A stretch of DNA of 64,000 bases from an uncultured Gemmatimonadales bacterium (GCA_963798085.1 CAWCRS010000007.1:448001-512000); one strand, 5' to 3'; positions 32,401 to 44,336 are shown, counted from the stretch's first letter. Translations and numbers: made by a program. The notes: generated from the letters alone by a model not told the origin.

Positions 32401-32521
32401 TTGCCGCTCCGAACGAGCGGCACGCCCGGCTCCGGAGTCCATTCCCGGGAAAAGCCGGAAGCCGGGTCGGCGGGCCGCGGAGGTTGTGTCACTCCACGGC
32501 CCGCTCTCGTTCGCGCTGTTG

Positions 32522-33310
32522 TCAGTGCGTGGCGGGCCGGTAGTACTCGAGGATGGGATTGAACGTCGCGCCCACATTGAGCAGGTCGCTGCTCAACTCC
32601 GGCTCCTGCGCGCTGAGCCGTCCGATCAGACGCTTGTTCGAAGCCACCTGAAGGAATCCCTTCGATGTCGACTGCGCCGTCGCCAGCAGCTTGAATCCCC
32701 AGTGATCCGCGCGCAATGCGCGGTTCTGCACCTGCGTGGTGGGGTCCGTCACGAAGATGTTCGACAGCACGATGGCGAAGAACTCCTCTTCATTGTCATA
32801 CCCGACACGCGCACCGACCATGGGCCCGCGATACTGATGTCCCGCCATGTCACGATAGGCGTGCGCCATCTCGTGAAAGAGAACCGCAGACGGTCCAATG
32901 CCCGGCAGTGTGGGTGCGAATGTCGACTGCGCCGAGCCGCCATAGCCGAACATGTTCGTCGCGTAGCGGATCACCACATCACTGCCCTCGCCCGTGCCCA
33001 CGTTCGTGTCGCGAAAGCTGCCCTTCGCCTTGTAGTTGAACGGGCCCGCCCCCGGCAGCACCAGCTCACCCTGCGCCGTGGCGTTGCGCGAGTTCTTCGG
33101 CGTAGTATCCGCGTTGATGTTCGTGTTCGGCCAGGGTTGGATGAGCAGCCCGCGACCGCTACGCTGCATGGCGCGCAGCAGCGCCGCGCCGGTCTGACTG
33201 CGACTGATCAGGTCGAGATGCCAGCGAACGCCAAGCTCGTAGTCCTGCGCGTTCTGGCCGAGGCTCTTGCCGTTGATGACAATGCTGGACGAACCGAACG
33301 TGGTTGCCAT
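32522..33310 (-). CDS. HExxH zinc metallopeptidase-like protein (M91/effector-like)
   Basis: LFHEMAHAY followed by EEEFFA...N; GAGGTG RBS before MATTFG. Confidence 0.65.
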   Translation of the reverse strand: MATTFGSSSIVINGKSLGQNAQDYELGVRWHLDLISRSQTGAALLRAMQRSGRGLLIQPWPNTNINADTTPKNSRNATAQGELVLPGAGPFNYKAKGSFRDTNVGTGEGSDVVIRYATNMFGYGGSAQSTFAPTLPGIGPSAVLFHEMAHAYRDMAGHQYRGPMVGARVGYDNEEEFFAIVLSNIFVTDPTTQVQNRALRADHWGFKLLATAQSTSKGFLQVASNKRLIGRLSAQEPELSSDLLNVGATFNPILEYYRPATH

Positions 33311-33438
33311 CGTGCACCTCCCCGAGACCAACTGCGTCGTTTGACTCACTGGGGGCGAATGACAGGGCGTGAGATTACGCAGTGCGCGGTGCACGGGTCA
33401 ATGGCGGGCGCGCGCGACCCGCGCGGCGTGAGCGTCTG

Positions 33439-34905
33439 ATGCCCGCCCATCCGACGAAGCCCCGCCTGGAAGTGCGGCGCCTGGATCGATGGCGCTGGCT
33501 GATCCCGAAGCAGGGACGCATGAACGTGGAGGGCATCATTTACGCCGACGACTCGCTCATGCAGGAGCTGCGCGGCGACGAGGCCGTGCAGCAGGTCGCC
33601 AATGTCGCCTGCCTGCCGGGCATTGTCGGCCGCTCCATCGGCATGCCCGACATCCACTGGGGCTACGGCTTCGCGATTGGTGGCGTGGCCGCCTTCGATC
33701 CGCACCTGGGCGGTGTCATCAGCCCGGGCGGCGTCGGCTACGACATCAATTGCGGGGTGCGTTTGCTGCGTTCCACGATCAGCGCCACCGACCTCCAGCC
33801 GCAACTCTCGAGGCTCATGGACCTGCTGCTGCGCGACATTCCGGCCGGCGTGGGCGCCGGCTACAAGAAGTTCAAACTGAGTGATGGCGACGTGCGCGGC
33901 GTCCTGGTCGACGGCGCGCACTGGCCCATTGCGCAGGGCTGGGGTTTCGCCGGTGACGCGGAACACATCGAAGCGGGCGGCCGCCTCGAAGGCGCGCAGC
34001 CCGATGCGGTGAGCGATCGCGCCATCGAGCGCGGCCGGGACCAGCTGGGCACCGTCGGTTCCGGCAACCACTTCATCGAGATCGGACAGGTCGACGAGGT
34101 CTACGACGCGCATGTTGCCGAGCGCTTCGGCCTGGAGCCGGGCAGCGTGACCGTTTTCATCCACTCGGGCTCGCGCGGCCTCGGCTACCAGGTCTGCGAC
34201 GATTACCTCGCCATCATGCTGCGCGCGGCGACGAACGCAGGCATCGAGCTGCCCGATCGACAGCTGGCCTGCGCCCCGCTCACGTCCCCCGAAGCACTAC
34301 GGTACTTCGGCGCCATGAATGCCGCGGCTAACTTCGCATTTGCCAACCGGCAGATGATGGCGCACCGCGTGCGCAGCGCGTTCGCGTCCGTGTTCGGCCA
34401 GTCCGCCGAAGCGCTGGGCCTCACGCTGGTCTACGACGTGGCCCACAACATCGCGAAATGGGAGACGCACGAGCTGGATGGCAGGAAACGCCGCCTGTGT
34501 GTTCACCGCAAAGGCGCAACGCGCGCGTTCCCGCCCCACCACCCGGAGCTGGGCGAAGCGTATCGCGATGTGGGACAGCCCGTGCTCATCCCCGGCGACA
34601 TGGGCAGGTATTCCTATGTGCTGGTCGGTACCGAGGGCGCGTACCGCGAGACCTTCGGCTCCACCTGCCACGGCGCCGGTCGCCGCATGAGCCGGACGCA
34701 GGCGAAGAAATCCGTACACGGCCGCGACCTGCGCGCCGAATTCCGGGAGCGAGGCATCGAGGTGCGCGCGTCCTCCTTCGCCACCATCGCCGAAGAGGTG
34801 CCCGAGGCCTACAAGGACGTGGCCGATGTCGTCAGCGTGGTGGACGGCGCCGGGATCGGCAGGAAGGTCGTGAGGTTGAGGCCGCTGGGCGTGCTCAAGG
34901 GGTGA
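33439..34905 (+). CDS. rtcB: RNA 3'-phosphate/5'-OH ligase RtcB (long type)
   Basis: PDIHWGYGF, VGYDINCG, GSGNHF, HSGSRG, HNIAK, HRKGATR, PGDMG, CHGAGR, EEVPEAYKD. Confidence 0.96.
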   Translation: MPAHPTKPRLEVRRLDRWRWLIPKQGRMNVEGIIYADDSLMQELRGDEAVQQVANVACLPGIVGRSIGMPDIHWGYGFAIGGVAAFDPHLGGVISPGGVGYDINCGVRLLRSTISATDLQPQLSRLMDLLLRDIPAGVGAGYKKFKLSDGDVRGVLVDGAHWPIAQGWGFAGDAEHIEAGGRLEGAQPDAVSDRAIERGRDQLGTVGSGNHFIEIGQVDEVYDAHVAERFGLEPGSVTVFIHSGSRGLGYQVCDDYLAIMLRAATNAGIELPDRQLACAPLTSPEALRYFGAMNAAANFAFANRQMMAHRVRSAFASVFGQSAEALGLTLVYDVAHNIAKWETHELDGRKRRLCVHRKGATRAFPPHHPELGEAYRDVGQPVLIPGDMGRYSYVLVGTEGAYRETFGSTCHGAGRRMSRTQAKKSVHGRDLRAEFRERGIEVRASSFATIAEEVPEAYKDVADVVSVVDGAGIGRKVVRLRPLGVLKG

Positions 34906-34992
34906 GGAATGCAGTGGGCGGCCGAGGGACCGCGTGGTGCCTTCGGGTGAGCCTCCTGCGGCGCGGTGGCTCCAGGCACTAACGGACTATTA

Positions 34993-35079
34993 TCACACAG
35001 AGGCACAGAGGCCACGGTGGACGACATGGACTACGAAATTCAGTTCGTCGTCCACCGTGGCCTCTGCGCCTCCGTGTGA
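34993..35079. repeat. REP-like palindrome, family 1 (33-bp arms)
   Basis: TCACACAGAGGCACAGAGGCCACGGTGGACGAC-N21-GTCGTCCACCGTGGCCTCTGCGCCTCCGTGTGA, 31/33 complementary. Confidence 0.9.
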
Positions 35080-35398
35080 AAAAATGTGTTCGCATGGAAC
35101 CGCGACCCAGCCAGAGGGGCCCGACCCTCGCCCCGCCCGCCATCCAGGCCCTCCCCCACCGCAGAATCATCGCCTCACGCCCCGGCTGCCTCGCGACCCA
35201 GCTGGCAGACTACTTGCGTCCGCAGGATTACGGGGAATTCCTCCGGGATGAAGGCGGCTGCCCCGCCCGTCCCGGTCTCCGTCCCTGACATTCCCGAATC
35301 CGATTGATACGCCGACGACCGGCTGCTTCCGCATTCCCGCGGAGGCTGGGCAGTCGCGCGCGCAATCATGCCGAAAAAAGTTCTGGAGACGCGCAGAT

Positions 35399-36352
35399 AT
35401 GACGCCTCCGCCCCCACCTCCTGTGGCCACCACCGAGCCCGTCCGGGTGGCGCCGCGGACACCCGCGCGAGCGGTTTCGCAAGCGCGGCCGCGCCGTTCC
35501 GTGTCACTGCGACACGTGCTCATCGCGCTCTGGGTGCTCGCGGCAGGTGCGGCGCTGGGCTACGGCTGGCGTTACTACAGATTGCCGCTCGCGGAACGAC
35601 CGTTCTCGCCACTGCACGAGCAGCTCGCGCCATCCGGCTTCATCGGACATTCGCTGGGCATTGCCGGTAGTCTGATGATGATCGTGGGCGTGAGCATGTA
35701 CACGGTGCGCAAGCGTGTGGCTGTGCTGCGCTCGGTGGGCCGGCTGAGCGGCTGGCTGCAGGTGCACATCTTCCTGTGCACGCTCGGCCCGTTCCTGGTC
35801 CTGCTGCACACCAGCTTCCGCTTCGGCGGCATCGTGTCCATCGCGTTCTGGAGCATGAGCGCGGTGGTCTTGAGCGGTCTGTTCGGCCGCTACGTGTACG
35901 TGCGCATTCCCAAGAGCATCCACGGACAGTTCCGCTCGCTCGAATCGATCGAGCGTGAGCGCACCCAGCTGGTGCAGACCATCTGCGCGGATGCGGCGGT
36001 GGAGGCGTACGTGGTGGAGCGCGTGATCGGCGCTACGCAGGCGAGAAAGCCGAGCGGCCCGCTGCGCGCCATTGTTTCCGCGATCCGCTTCGATCTGTCG
36101 AAGCGCGCGCGCGTCGCGAAGCTGCAGCGCGCCATGGCCATGTGGAATGTGCCGGCGCAGGTGCGCGGGCGCCTGCAGGACCTGCTCGAGAAGCAGGCGC
36201 AGACCGAACAGCAGATTCTGCTGCTGCAGCCCTTCCAGCGGCTGTTCCGCTACTGGCACATCTTCCACCTGCCGCTCGCCATCGTGATGTTCCTGATCCT
36301 CATCGTGCACGTGGTGGTAGTCGCCATGTTCGGCTACGCCTGGCCGCACTGA
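35399..36352 (+). CDS. Integral membrane protein with several intramembrane His (putative b-type cytochrome)
   Basis: About 5 TM segments; GHSLG, WLQVHIF..LVLLHT, WHIFHLP..LIVHV. Confidence 0.7.
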   Translation: MTPPPPPPVATTEPVRVAPRTPARAVSQARPRRSVSLRHVLIALWVLAAGAALGYGWRYYRLPLAERPFSPLHEQLAPSGFIGHSLGIAGSLMMIVGVSMYTVRKRVAVLRSVGRLSGWLQVHIFLCTLGPFLVLLHTSFRFGGIVSIAFWSMSAVVLSGLFGRYVYVRIPKSIHGQFRSLESIERERTQLVQTICADAAVEAYVVERVIGATQARKPSGPLRAIVSAIRFDLSKRARVAKLQRAMAMWNVPAQVRGRLQDLLEKQAQTEQQILLLQPFQRLFRYWHIFHLPLAIVMFLILIVHVVVVAMFGYAWPH

Positions 36353-36357
36353 CGGAC

Positions 36358-37980
36358 ATGCGGCAGTCGCGTACTCTGCGGGTACGACTAACCCATTGTT
36401 TGCCGGTGGCGCTGCTGCTGACCGGCGGACTGGCCCCCGGCCTGCGCGCACAGCTGATCTCGCCGGGCAAGCTGTCAGCGGCGCACGCCAGCCTGGAGGG
36501 CATGCGCTCCTGCACGACCTGCCACGAGCTGGGAAAGAAAGGCGCGTCTTCCAGCAAATGCCTGCAGTGCCACGAGCCGCTGCGCACGCGCGTGGCCGCG
36601 GGCAGGGGTTACCACGCCAGCGTGCGCACGCAGGAATGCACGGACTGCCACAAGGAGCACTTCGGCCGCGAGTTCGCGCTGGTTCGCCTGGACACGGCGA
36701 GCTTCGACCATGGCCGCACCGGCTACCGGCTCACGGGCGCACACCAGGATGCACGCTGCCGCGCATGCCATGCGGGGGGCAACATCCGGGCAGCCGATGT
36801 GGCGGCCTGGACGCGCAAGTACAATGCGCAGCCGGCGCAGACGTTCCTGGGGCTGGCGACGACGTGCTCGGCCTGCCACGCGCCGGATGATCCGCACCGC
36901 GGCCAGTTCCGCGGTCGCTGCGACGACTGCCATTCCCCGACGACGTGGGCGAAGCCGGACCGCTTCAATCATGCGCGCACCGCGTATCCGCTGACCGGCG
37001 AACATCGGCAGGTGGCATGCGATGGCTGTCACAAGACCGAGCACTCTGGCAACACGGCGTTTGTGCGCTTCGTGGGCGTCACCCGCTCGACCTGCGCGTC
37101 CTGCCACCGCGATCCGCACAGTGGCGCCATGGGCACCGCCTGCGCCTCCTGCCATCAGACCAGCGGCTTCACGCAGGTGGACCAGCGCAACGTAGCGGGC
37201 CGCTTCAACCACGAGCGCACGCGCTTCCCGCTGAACGGCCGCCACGCGACAGTGGCGTGCAATGCCTGTCACGGCACCGGCTCGAGCCCGCCGGGCATAC
37301 ACATCCGCTTCGCCGGCAACACGCGCACGGCCAGCTTTCCGCGACCCGTGCTCGATGGCTGCAACGGCTGCCATCAGGACTATCACGACGGCGTGTTCGC
37401 CGGCATGAGCGGCGCCGGCAGCTGCGCTGCGTGCCACAGCGAGAACGGCTGGGAGCCCGCCAGTTTCGACATCGAGCGACACAATGACGTTACCGCGTTC
37501 CCGCTCACCGGCGCGCACCTGGTGACGCCGTGCACATCCTGTCATGGCGGGAACAGCCCCGGCGAGAAGCCGCACTTCCAGCTGCCGCAGCATGCGTGCG
37601 CCAGCTGTCACCAGTCGCGCAGCCCGCACGGCGAGCGGTTTGGCGGGCGAGGCTGCGCCGAATGCCACGAGACCGCAACGTTCCGCGTGACCGGCTTCGA
37701 TCACGCGAAAGCAGCGGGCGAGACATGTCGCTCGTGTCACCAGTCGCGCAGTCCGCACGGCGGGCAGTTCGGCGATACCGACTGCAACGCCTGCCACGAT
37801 ACGCGCGCCTATCGGATCGAGCGCTTTGATCACGCGCGCGCCCGCTTCCCCCTCAATGGCGCGCACGCCCGCGTGGCGTGCAGCGGCTGCCACAAGGCGG
37901 ATTCCGCGGGAGACAGCACGATCGTGCGTTACCGCCCGCTCCAGACAGAGTGCGGCGCGTGTCACGGAGGTGGCAGATGA
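36358..37980 (+). CDS. Exported multiheme cytochrome c with 19 CxxCH motifs
   Basis: Signal peptide, 19 CxxCH counted by hand, repeated F(D/N)H..(F/Y)PL.G.H....CxxCH module. Confidence 0.93.
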   Translation: MRQSRTLRVRLTHCLPVALLLTGGLAPGLRAQLISPGKLSAAHASLEGMRSCTTCHELGKKGASSSKCLQCHEPLRTRVAAGRGYHASVRTQECTDCHKEHFGREFALVRLDTASFDHGRTGYRLTGAHQDARCRACHAGGNIRAADVAAWTRKYNAQPAQTFLGLATTCSACHAPDDPHRGQFRGRCDDCHSPTTWAKPDRFNHARTAYPLTGEHRQVACDGCHKTEHSGNTAFVRFVGVTRSTCASCHRDPHSGAMGTACASCHQTSGFTQVDQRNVAGRFNHERTRFPLNGRHATVACNACHGTGSSPPGIHIRFAGNTRTASFPRPVLDGCNGCHQDYHDGVFAGMSGAGSCAACHSENGWEPASFDIERHNDVTAFPLTGAHLVTPCTSCHGGNSPGEKPHFQLPQHACASCHQSRSPHGERFGGRGCAECHETATFRVTGFDHAKAAGETCRSCHQSRSPHGGQFGDTDCNACHDTRAYRIERFDHARARFPLNGAHARVACSGCHKADSAGDSTIVRYRPLQTECGACHGGGR

Positions 37981-40196
37981 AGGCTGGACTCCAGACGATG
38001 CGATGGGTCGTATCGCTGGCCTGCGCCATGGTCATCGCGTTTGCGGTTTCCGGCGGAGGCGCAAGCGTGTTCGCGCAGGCGCCCGCCAATCCGCACGGTC
38101 AGACGAAACTGGCGCTGGAGTGCGGCGCCTGCCACACCACCAACGGCTGGCGCACGCTGCGCGAGCCCATGGCGTTCGACCACACCCGGCAGACAGCGTT
38201 CGCGCTCACCGGCCGGCACGCAGAAGTGGGCTGCGCGGCCTGCCATCTCGACCTGCGCTACGACCGCCCCAGGATCGCTGCCCGTGACTGTGCCAGCTGT
38301 CACCTCGATGTGCACCAGGGCAAGCTCTCCGCGGACTGCGCCAGCTGCCACAACACGCGCTCATTCCGCGAAGCGGCGGGCATCGAGCAGCACGCGCGTG
38401 GCCGCTTTCCGCTGACGGGCGCGCACGTCCAGATCTCGTGCGAGTCCTGCCATCGCGATGACCGCGGCGGCGCATTCACCGCGCTGGACAGCGATTGCTA
38501 CAGCTGCCATCGCCAGGACTACGAAAGCGCGCGCTCGGTGGACCACAAGGCGGGTGGGCTGCCGCGCGAATGCCAGCAGTGCCACGCCACCAGCTCCTGG
38601 CACACATCGACATTCGACCACGGAGTGGTCGCGAAGGGCTTCGCACTCAATGGCAAGCACGCGCAGGTCGAATGCGCGGGCTGCCACACGGGCGGCACCG
38701 GTCCGCTCAAGTTCACACCGTCCGGCCCCAATGACTGCGTCGCCTGTCACCGCGCCGCCTACGACAAGGAGCACAGCGGCACGGGATTCCCGCTCGACTG
38801 CACGTCCTGTCACACGGTGAACGGCTGGGAGCGGAACGCCTTCGATCACGCCGCCTCCGGGCACGGCTTTGCCCTGCTGGGCAAACACGCTGTTGCGCCC
38901 TGCACGGCCTGCCATCTGCCACCCGACAACAAGCTGAAGTTCCAGACCACGAACGCCGACGACTGCGTCGGTTGTCATCAGCCGGACTACGACCGCGAAC
39001 ACACGGGTTCGGGCTACCCCACTGCGTGCGGGCGCTGCCACTCCGTGAACGGCTGGAGCGGCGCGAACTTCGACCACGCCGGTGCGGCAAGCGGTTATGT
39101 GCTCGAGGGTCAGCACGCACGCGTGCCCTGCACTGACTGCCACACCGGGCCGGACCTCACTCTCAAATGGCCGAAGCCCGCGACCAACCAGGAGTGCGTC
39201 GCGTGCCACCGTCCGGATTACGACCGCGAGCACAGCGGCAGCGGCTACCCTGTCACCTGCCGTACCTGTCACGACGCCAATGACTGGACGCACGCCGTGT
39301 TCGACCACGTCAAGTCGGGTAACGGCTTCGTGCTGGCCGGTGCGCACGCGAAGGCGCAGTGCACCAGCTGCCACGGCGCGAGCAACGTGCTGAAGTTCCC
39401 CAAGCCGGCCAACGTCAATGACTGCTTGGCCTGCCATCGCCCGGACTACGACCGCGAGCACACGGGCACGAATTTCCCGCTGACCTGTGGCACCTGCCAC
39501 AACCAGAACACGTTCACGGGCGCGACGTTCGATCACGGCACGACCGGGTTCGCCTGGCCGGCGCGCACGCCAAGGCGCAGTGCTCCGACTGCCACGGTGC
39601 CGGACAACGTGCTGAAGTTCCCCAAGCCGGCCAACGTCAATGACTGCGTGGCCTGCCATCGCCCGGACTACGACCGCGAGCACACGGGCACGAATTTCCC
39701 GCTGACCTGTGGCACCTGCCACAACCAGAACACGTTCACGGGCGCGACGTTCGATCACACGACCACCGGGTTCAGCCTGGTGGGTGCGCACATCACGGTA
39801 CAGTGCTCCAGCTGCCACGGTGCGAACAACGTGTTGAAGTTTCCCAAGCCGGCGAACCAGGACGACTGCCTTGCCTGTCACCAGGCCGACTACAACACGG
39901 CGCACACCGGCAGCATGTACCCGACTACCTGCCTGACCTGTCATAACACGACTGTCTTCAAGGGCGCCATCTTCAACCACGACGGGCAGTTCTTCCCGGT
40001 CTATTCCGGATCGCACCGCGGCCGCTGGAACAACTGCGCCGACTGCCACCCGTCCGCATCCGATTTCGGCATCTTCACGTGCATCAGCTGTCACGCGCAC
40101 AACAAGACGGAGATGGACAGCCAGCATCGCGGGCGGGCCGGCTACGTGTACGACAGCATCAAGTGCCTCAGCTGCCACCCGACGGGGCGTACATGA
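37977..40196 (+). CDS. Exported multiheme cytochrome c with 27 CxxCH in frame (28 after correcting a compensating frameshift pair)
   Basis: ATGA overlap with the upstream gene, signal peptide, tandem ~74-aa triheme modules. Confidence 0.93.
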   Translation: MKAGLQTMRWVVSLACAMVIAFAVSGGGASVFAQAPANPHGQTKLALECGACHTTNGWRTLREPMAFDHTRQTAFALTGRHAEVGCAACHLDLRYDRPRIAARDCASCHLDVHQGKLSADCASCHNTRSFREAAGIEQHARGRFPLTGAHVQISCESCHRDDRGGAFTALDSDCYSCHRQDYESARSVDHKAGGLPRECQQCHATSSWHTSTFDHGVVAKGFALNGKHAQVECAGCHTGGTGPLKFTPSGPNDCVACHRAAYDKEHSGTGFPLDCTSCHTVNGWERNAFDHAASGHGFALLGKHAVAPCTACHLPPDNKLKFQTTNADDCVGCHQPDYDREHTGSGYPTACGRCHSVNGWSGANFDHAGAASGYVLEGQHARVPCTDCHTGPDLTLKWPKPATNQECVACHRPDYDREHSGSGYPVTCRTCHDANDWTHAVFDHVKSGNGFVLAGAHAKAQCTSCHGASNVLKFPKPANVNDCLACHRPDYDREHTGTNFPLTCGTCHNQNTFTGATFDHGTTGFAWPARTPRRSAPTATVPDNVLKFPKPANVNDCVACHRPDYDREHTGTNFPLTCGTCHNQNTFTGATFDHTTTGFSLVGAHITVQCSSCHGANNVLKFPKPANQDDCLACHQADYNTAHTGSMYPTTCLTCHNTTVFKGAIFNHDGQFFPVYSGSHRGRWNNCADCHPSASDFGIFTCISCHAHNKTEMDSQHRGRAGYVYDSIKCLSCHPTGRT
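39384..39758 (+). repeat. Intragenic direct repeat, 222-bp period, 153-bp cores differing at one base
   Basis: 39384-39536 vs 39606-39758 (TTG/GTG is the only difference seen). Confidence 0.9.
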
Positions 40197-41877
40197 GGCG
40201 CTACTGTTTGGCCCTTCTCTGCGCGCCGCTGCTGGCAGCGCTGACGGGCGGCCGGGCGCATGCCCAGGCCGGGACCGCCGTTGTGCGCGCCATGGTCGAG
40301 TACATCGCCGGCGCCGACCTGTATCTGGCAGCAGGCGAGGACCAGGGCATCACAGCGGGTGACACGCTGTTAGCCAGGCGAGGCGGCAATGCGCGCACGG
40401 CGAAGCTGCGCGTCATCAGCAGTGTCTCCGGGCGCGCCGTCGTCACCTTTGCGGGCCCGCCTTTCGCCATTACGCGTGGCGACACACTGCTCATCGAGCG
40501 GGCACGACCTCGGGCCGCGCCCCCGCCGGCAGCCCAGCAGAGCGCGGCAGCGGCAGGAGACGCGTCAAAGGTGAACACGGCATCGTCGCATACAACGGAC
40601 GCGAGGGCCGCGCATGATACCGCGTCGGCAAGCGGCGCGCCCGGAACGCCGGCTGTTCTTGCGCCGCATGCGGCCAAGCAGCAGGGACTGCGCCGCGTGC
40701 CATCACCGATGCGGCTGGATGGCACGATCGCCATCGACTTCGACGCGCTCGACTCGGAAACACGCTGGGGCGCCGCGCCCGAGGAACGCAGCGCGCGCCG
40801 CTTCATGACACCGGCGCTGCGCCTCTACGCCACCGCATCACAGCTGCCCGGCGGTATGCGTCTCAACACGAACCTGCGCTACGAGTACCGCCTGACCGAG
40901 GGCGTGGCCGCAGTGGAGCAGACCAGTCCGCTGCGTGTGTATCAGGCCAGTCTGGAAAAGTCCTTCACGCATCTGCCTCTGCAGTTCCAGCTGGGACGCT
41001 TCTACAATCCGGTCAATGTCTACGGCGGCTACTGGGATGGCGGCATGATGCGCGCGGGCGGGCGCGGCTTCGGCCTTGGTGTGGCCAGCGGCTTCGAGCC
41101 GGATCAGGTGAACGGTGGCGTCGACACGCGCTCCACCAAGTACAGCGTGTTCTCGGACTGGACCGTGCGCCGGCACAGCACCAGCTATCAGGGCGGTCTG
41201 TCACTGCACCGTGAGCGCGACACCAATGGCAGCGAGGCGCGCTACATCAGCGGCTCGGAACGGCTCCGCCTTGGCCGCGCCATGTTCCTGCAGCGCATCC
41301 GTGTCGACGCGGGCCCGGGCTGGAGCGGCTGGTCCCTCACGCAGCTGGATCTGGACGCGCTGACACCACTGTTCGCGAAGCTGCTGGCCCGCGCGCACTA
41401 CGCGCGCCGCTCTTTCGACTGGAACCCGCTGGAGCCGGATACAACCCGCCCGCACAATGCGCGGCGAGGCCTGGGACTGATCTGGTCCGGCGCGCTGGTC
41501 GACCTTTCCGTGGACGCATCGCTCACCGACTGGAGCGATGGGCAGAACGCGCGTTCACTTTCGGGATCGCTCTCGCTGCAGCGGCTGCCGCTTGCCAGCC
41601 TTTCGCTGGGCCTGTCCGGCAGCCAGTGGGAGAGCGAGAGCGAGAATTCCTGGTACCTGTCACCCTGGATCGGCCGTAGCTACGGACGTACCAACACAAC
41701 CGTATCGTGGCAGCACTATCGTGCCGTCACCAGCACCGAATCGAGCTACGAAGCCGCATCCATGACACTGTCGTTCCCTCTTCCCGGCGGCCTGTACACG
41801 AGCCTGCGCGCCCAGACGCAATGGGGCGCCAGCTCCTCCAGCAACCGCATCGTCACCAGCATCTGGAAGCCATTCTG

Positions 41878-41878
<1 letters not shown>
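40193..41878 (+). CDS. Putative outer-membrane beta-barrel (porin-like) with small N-terminal beta domain and Ala/Pro linker
   Basis: ATGA overlap, signal peptide (..AHA|Q), amphipathic beta-strands rich in G/S/Y/W/R, terminal ..SIWKPF. Confidence 0.72.
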
Positions 41879-43197
<1,319 letters not shown>

Positions 43198-43309
43198 GAG
43201 ATTGTGGAGTTGTGGTTCCTGGTGGTGGAGGGTGGGGTGTGGACGGATGAACGGATACAGACAACAGAGAACGGATAACAGATTACATACCATATATAAC
43301 AGATTATTA

Positions 43310-43392
43310 TCACACAGAGGCACAGAGGCCGCGGTGGACGGCGACCGGAATCTGTTCGAGTCGTCCACCGTGGCCTCTGCGCCTCCGTGTGA
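43310..43392. repeat. REP-like palindrome, family 1 (second full copy)
   Basis: Right arm identical to 35047-35079, left arm 31/33 identical to 34993-35025, different loop. Confidence 0.9.
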
Positions 43393-43525
43393 AAATGATT
43401 CGTTTGCGTGGGAGCGCCAAAACCCGGGGCTGCGGCAGTGGCCTGCCTCAGGGGGCCTGGTTAGATTCACGGGATGACGGCCGCACCCCTGAAACCTCCG
43501 CCCCCAGGGCGCCCGTAGGACAGGC

Positions 43526-44254
43526 ATGGCATCCGGCAGAAAGACTTCTCCCGCGCGCAGCCGCGCCCGGCAAACGGAACGGCTGAATGACGAAACGAAG
43601 CGCAAGCTTCGCTTCGTGGCGGGCTTCTCGCTGTACTTCATCGTGCTCTGGCTGCTCTGGGACACGCCGGTGGTCTATCCGCTGAAGGTGTTCGTGGTGC
43701 TGCTGCACGAGATCAGCCACGGCATTGCGGCCATAGCCACGGGCGGCGCCATCCGCGGTATCGAGATCACCTGGGACGAAGGCGGCGCCTGCCTGTGCCC
43801 GGGCGGCAATGCCTTCGTCACGCTATCAGCAGGTTATCTGGGCAGCGTGGCGTGGGGCGCGCTGCTGCTGCTCATCGCACTGGGCAAGCCCCGGCGCCAC
43901 CGCGTGACGCTTGTCGCGATTGGCGCGCTCATCGGCGTTGTCACGCTGCTGTATATTCACAAGCCGTTCGGTCTGTTCTTCGGGCTGGCCGCGGGCCTGT
44001 CGCTGATCGGCGCGGCCCGCCGCCTCTCGCCGGTGGTGCAGAAGGGCACACTCACCGTGCTGGGGCTGACCAGCTGCCTGTACGCCATCCTCGACATCAA
44101 GAGCGACATCCTCGAACGTTCCGCCGCGCACTCCGACGCGTACATGCTTTCCGAGCTGACGGGCGTGCCCACGCTGGTCTGGGGCTTCCTCTGGATCGGC
44201 ATCGCCCTGCTGGTCAGCGCACTGCTGCTGCGCCGCATCTGGCGCAAAGCCTGA
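43526..44254 (+). CDS. M50B-like membrane metallopeptidase (start uncertain)
   Basis: YPLKVFVVLLHEISHG, SAGYLG, SDA..L..LTG.P..W. Confidence 0.85.
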   Translation: MASGRKTSPARSRARQTERLNDETKRKLRFVAGFSLYFIVLWLLWDTPVVYPLKVFVVLLHEISHGIAAIATGGAIRGIEITWDEGGACLCPGGNAFVTLSAGYLGSVAWGALLLLIALGKPRRHRVTLVAIGALIGVVTLLYIHKPFGLFFGLAAGLSLIGAARRLSPVVQKGTLTVLGLTSCLYAILDIKSDILERSAAHSDAYMLSELTGVPTLVWGFLWIGIALLVSALLLRRIWRKA

Positions 44255-44336
44255 GCCCGCGCCCGACCAGGTTGTCCGCTTGCGTCCGACCGCGCCGGTC
44301 GCGGTACATTGCGCCCATGTATCCTGAGCCGTGCGG

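Noticed and set aside
39384..39758. Near-identical repeat pair as a diversity-generating retroelement TR/VR
   Set aside because: No reverse transcriptase in the window, both copies are coding modules of one gene, and the single difference is T/G rather than adenine-specific
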